64,000 bases of DNA, taken from contig MEDY01000054.1 in assembly GCA_001724265.1 (NCBI GenBank), forward strand, positions 1-64,000, in the 5' to 3' direction. Below are positions 61,076-64,000 of the stretch, one piece after another. The position numbers and the translations under genes were made by a program. Origin of the DNA: Rhizaria sp. SCN 62-66. Its lineage: Eukaryota. The notes beneath the pieces are model-generated. The model searched no databases and had not been told where the DNA came from. It saw only the letters and a list, made by a program, of their open reading frames with translations. Position 1 is the stretch's first letter, and every line of letters starts with the position of its first letter.

Positions 61076-64000
61076 ATGTCGTTCATCCCGCCCTCGCACC
61101 TGGGGACGACGATGGAGCGTTTCGAAGTCGGCCGCAAGATCGGGCAAGGCAGCTATGGAAGCGTTTTCCTCGTCCGCCGCCGCTCCGACTCGGCGGTCAT
61201 GGTGATGAAAGAGCTGTTCATCGATAATATCGCGGAGAAGGAGCAGGCGGCTTTCTTCAAGGAAGCGGAACTCATGGAACGCCTGAGTCACCCGTCCGTT
61301 GTCGGGTACAAAGAGTGGTATGTCGACAACGAGGCCGGTGCGCTGTGTATTGTTATGCACTATTGCGAGCGGGGCGACCTCACTAAGGTCATCAAAAACA
61401 GGAAACGTACGTGTTTTTTTTTTTGTATCACAAATCACGTCAAGATTACGTCCTCTATATGTATCATCCTCTTTTGCAGCAATGCCTGTTTAGACTTTGC
61501 TCTTACTTGTCCACACCGCTTACTTGATCTTTGATGTTATACTTGTCACACATGTTTTGTTGTTAACTTACGAACATATATACAGCGGGCAGCGTAGACG
61601 AGCGCGCCGTTTTCCAGGCCTTTATCCAACTTGCCCTCGCACTTGAATACTTGCATTCTAAATCCATCGTCCACCGCGACATCAAGTCTGGCAATGTGTT
61701 CATCACACAGGGCATGATGAAGCTTGGCGACATGGGCATCGCGAAGGGTACGCTTTCAGCCTGATTTACCACGCATATAATCGCTCACCGACGAGACTTT
61801 GTTAAATTGAATGAGAGTTCTGTATTTTCTATCTTGTTTCAACATTTACTTCATTAGATGTTCATACCGTTCACTGATCTCACTTTTATTGCATTTTTCA
61901 ACTGTGTTCAGAGCTGACTGGCACTTCCGCGTTCGCTCAGACGTGCATCGGCACTCCGTATTATATGTCCCCCGAACTCTTCCGTAACGCCCCCTACGGC
62001 GCCAAGTCAGACGTCTGGGCTCTGGGCATCGTGATTTACGAACTGTGCACCCTGAAACACCCGTTTGATGCGCAGTCAATCTCGGCGCTCGCGACCAAGA
62101 TCCTTAAGGGCGTGTATGAGCCGGTACCGATGGCGTATTCGCGTAATATCAGGCTTTTGGTGAAGAAAATGCTCACGCTGGCGCCCGAGGGACGCCCCAC
62201 CATCGGTACGTTTGCCGTATCACTCAAACAATGCCCTAACAAGAGCGACACACTGATTATCTGTTCTACACTACGCATTTCATCGTTCACTATTTCTTTA
62301 ACACATATTTTTAAATCGACTTAAGACATGCCAACTCATTTATGATACTTTTCGTCGCTTATTTTTTGTTCTCGCGAAACTTCTCTAGCCGAGTTGCTGC
62401 AAGTGCCGTTTGTCCGCGTCAAGGTGAATGACTACGTCACCGTGCTTTGCTACGAGCGTGCCAAGTGCCTCCACACCGCCATCGCCGACTGTCTCCCGCC
62501 CGGCGCGCTGCTAGAGCGTGGCTTTGACCCCGACGCGCCCCCTCCGGCCGTCGCTCGTCCGGCCCCCGCCGCCTCATCATCGGACTCTGCTGCCCCAGCT
62601 GCTTCGAGCGCGGCCGCGGCTGGAGGGCGTGCGAGTGTACGGGGGGTCGCCGGCCGCGGTGCCGCCGCACCCTCTGGCGCCGCCTCCGCCCGCCCTGCCG
62701 CGGCTGCCGCCAACAGTGCCCATGCGGCCCACGCGTCGAACGCGGCAGCGGGCAGTGACGCGAACGGCCCGATCGCGTTCACAGGCGTTGTGAACGAGCA
62801 CGAGTGGCTGTCCCTGATGCAGCAAATGCACCGGCTCGGCTTCGCCGACATTCAGAAGAACGCCCGCGCCACCATCGCGACGCACCTCACGACGTTCGCC
62901 GCCGCGGCCGCCGCCGTGCAGCCCGCCGCCGCCGCCGCTGGGGCCGCCGCGCCCGTGTCCCCGCAGTACGACGCCGCAGCGCTCGCGGCGGCCGTGACGA
63001 ATCACGATGTGCCGCTGGGGACTGTGGGCGCGATGGTGGCGGCCGCTGGGCAAGCCTGGGCCGAGTCACTTGACCCCAGTGGCCCAACTTACAGTGACGC
63101 TGTGAGGCGAACTGGCGCGCTCCGCTCTGCTGACGTCAGCAATAGTGGCAGCGGCAGCGGGAAGTTGCAGTCGCGATCTCAGTCGCAACAACGGGGATCC
63201 GTTGCGTTTGGCGCTCCTTCTCATAACAGCAACAATGCCGTTGACTATGGGTACAGAGGCGACGCCACGGGCGCACTGGGCGGACATAGTAACGAGACGG
63301 GGGACACCATGACGAGTACGTACGAAGCCACCGTGGTCGCCGGAGTCGGTGTCGGCTTGGCGGCAGCGAGCCTCTTCCAAGGCAACAGCAACAACAACAA
63401 TAACAACGGGAATAATATCAATAATGTGAACAATGGTGGCGCCAGGGCGTCTGGCCCCGCTTTGCCCACCTCTAATGCCAACGTCAATGCTAGTAATGGT
63501 AACGGGGCTCCAGGCGCGTTGCCGCACCGGTCGCGTCTGATGCCTACGTCTTCCTCAGCCGCGTTGCTCCCTGCTGCCAATATCAATAATGGCAATGGCA
63601 ACGGCAACGGCAGTCTTGGGAGCGGGAATGGGGGTGTATTCGACTCCATGGATGACCTACCGGCTCAGCTCAACGGTATGCCATACTCTAACAACAATGG
63701 CGTTCACAACGGCAATGCTGGTAATAGCCCTGCGTATGGTGGTGCTGCTGGCTACGGCGGCGATGACCCTGACTACGGGGCAAACGCCTACAGAGCCGGT
63801 GGTTACGCGGCGTACGACGCCTACAGTCCCGCTGGTGCCAATATCAATATCATAAACAACAACGGCAATGACAACGGTAATGGCAGTGGCAGTGGCAGTG
63901 GTAGCGGTGGTTATGCTGGTTACGGCGGAAACTACGGTATCAACCCCGTGTCCGTCCCCGGAGTCGGCGCCACCGTCACCAGCAGTGACGCTCTGCCCCC
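61076..64000 (+). CDS. NIMA-related (NEK) Ser/Thr kinase, 3' partial; exons 61076-61406, 61586-61747, 61912-62205, 62389->64000
   Basis: IGQGSYG, VMKE, LCIVMHYCERGDL, IVHRDIKSGNVF, KLGDMGIAK, AQTCIGTPYYMSPE, KSDVWALG, YELCTLKHPFDAQ. Three introns in frame; last exon open to the window edge. Confidence 0.95.

Noticed and set aside
1-64000. Hundreds of overlapping antisense and alternate-frame ORFs (Arg/Pro/Ala-rich)
   Set aside because: Expected shadows of GC-rich GCN-repeat coding sequence; no domains recognised.
1-64000. tRNA (including a suppressor tRNA-CUA), rRNA, CRISPR array, transposon or prophage
   Set aside because: No cloverleaf, spaced repeats, terminal repeats or transposase/RT motifs recognised by eye; a covariance-model scan is needed to be sure.

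Overview
Gene-dense eukaryotic (probably protist) nuclear DNA with GC-rich exons, AT-rich spacers and 14 short GT-AG introns (112-207 nt). Ten protein-coding genes can be reconstructed: a giant low-complexity orphan (-, runs off the left edge), separase, Mediator subunit MED21, an ICT1/ArfB-type GGQ peptidyl-tRNA hydrolase, an Ariadne RBR E3 ligase, a ~7,800-aa RICTOR, a coiled-coil/Gln-rich orphan, a p24/TMED cargo receptor, another orphan, and a NEK kinase (runs off the right edge). The main discovery is evidence for a non-standard nuclear genetic code. Seven in-frame TAG codons interrupt three otherwise continuous genes, one inside the conserved N-terminal helix of MED21 and four in Gln-rich tracts. 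No in-frame TAA or TGA occurs in roughly 18,500 reconstructed codons, and all eight visible gene ends use TAA or TGA. The simplest reading is UAG = sense (probably Gln) with UAA and UGA kept as stops. Secondary signals are extreme Ala/Gly/Ser inflation of conserved proteins, a near-invariant GTACGT splice donor and a shared TATA-like upstream motif. Family assignments come from motif recognition by eye; no database searches were run.
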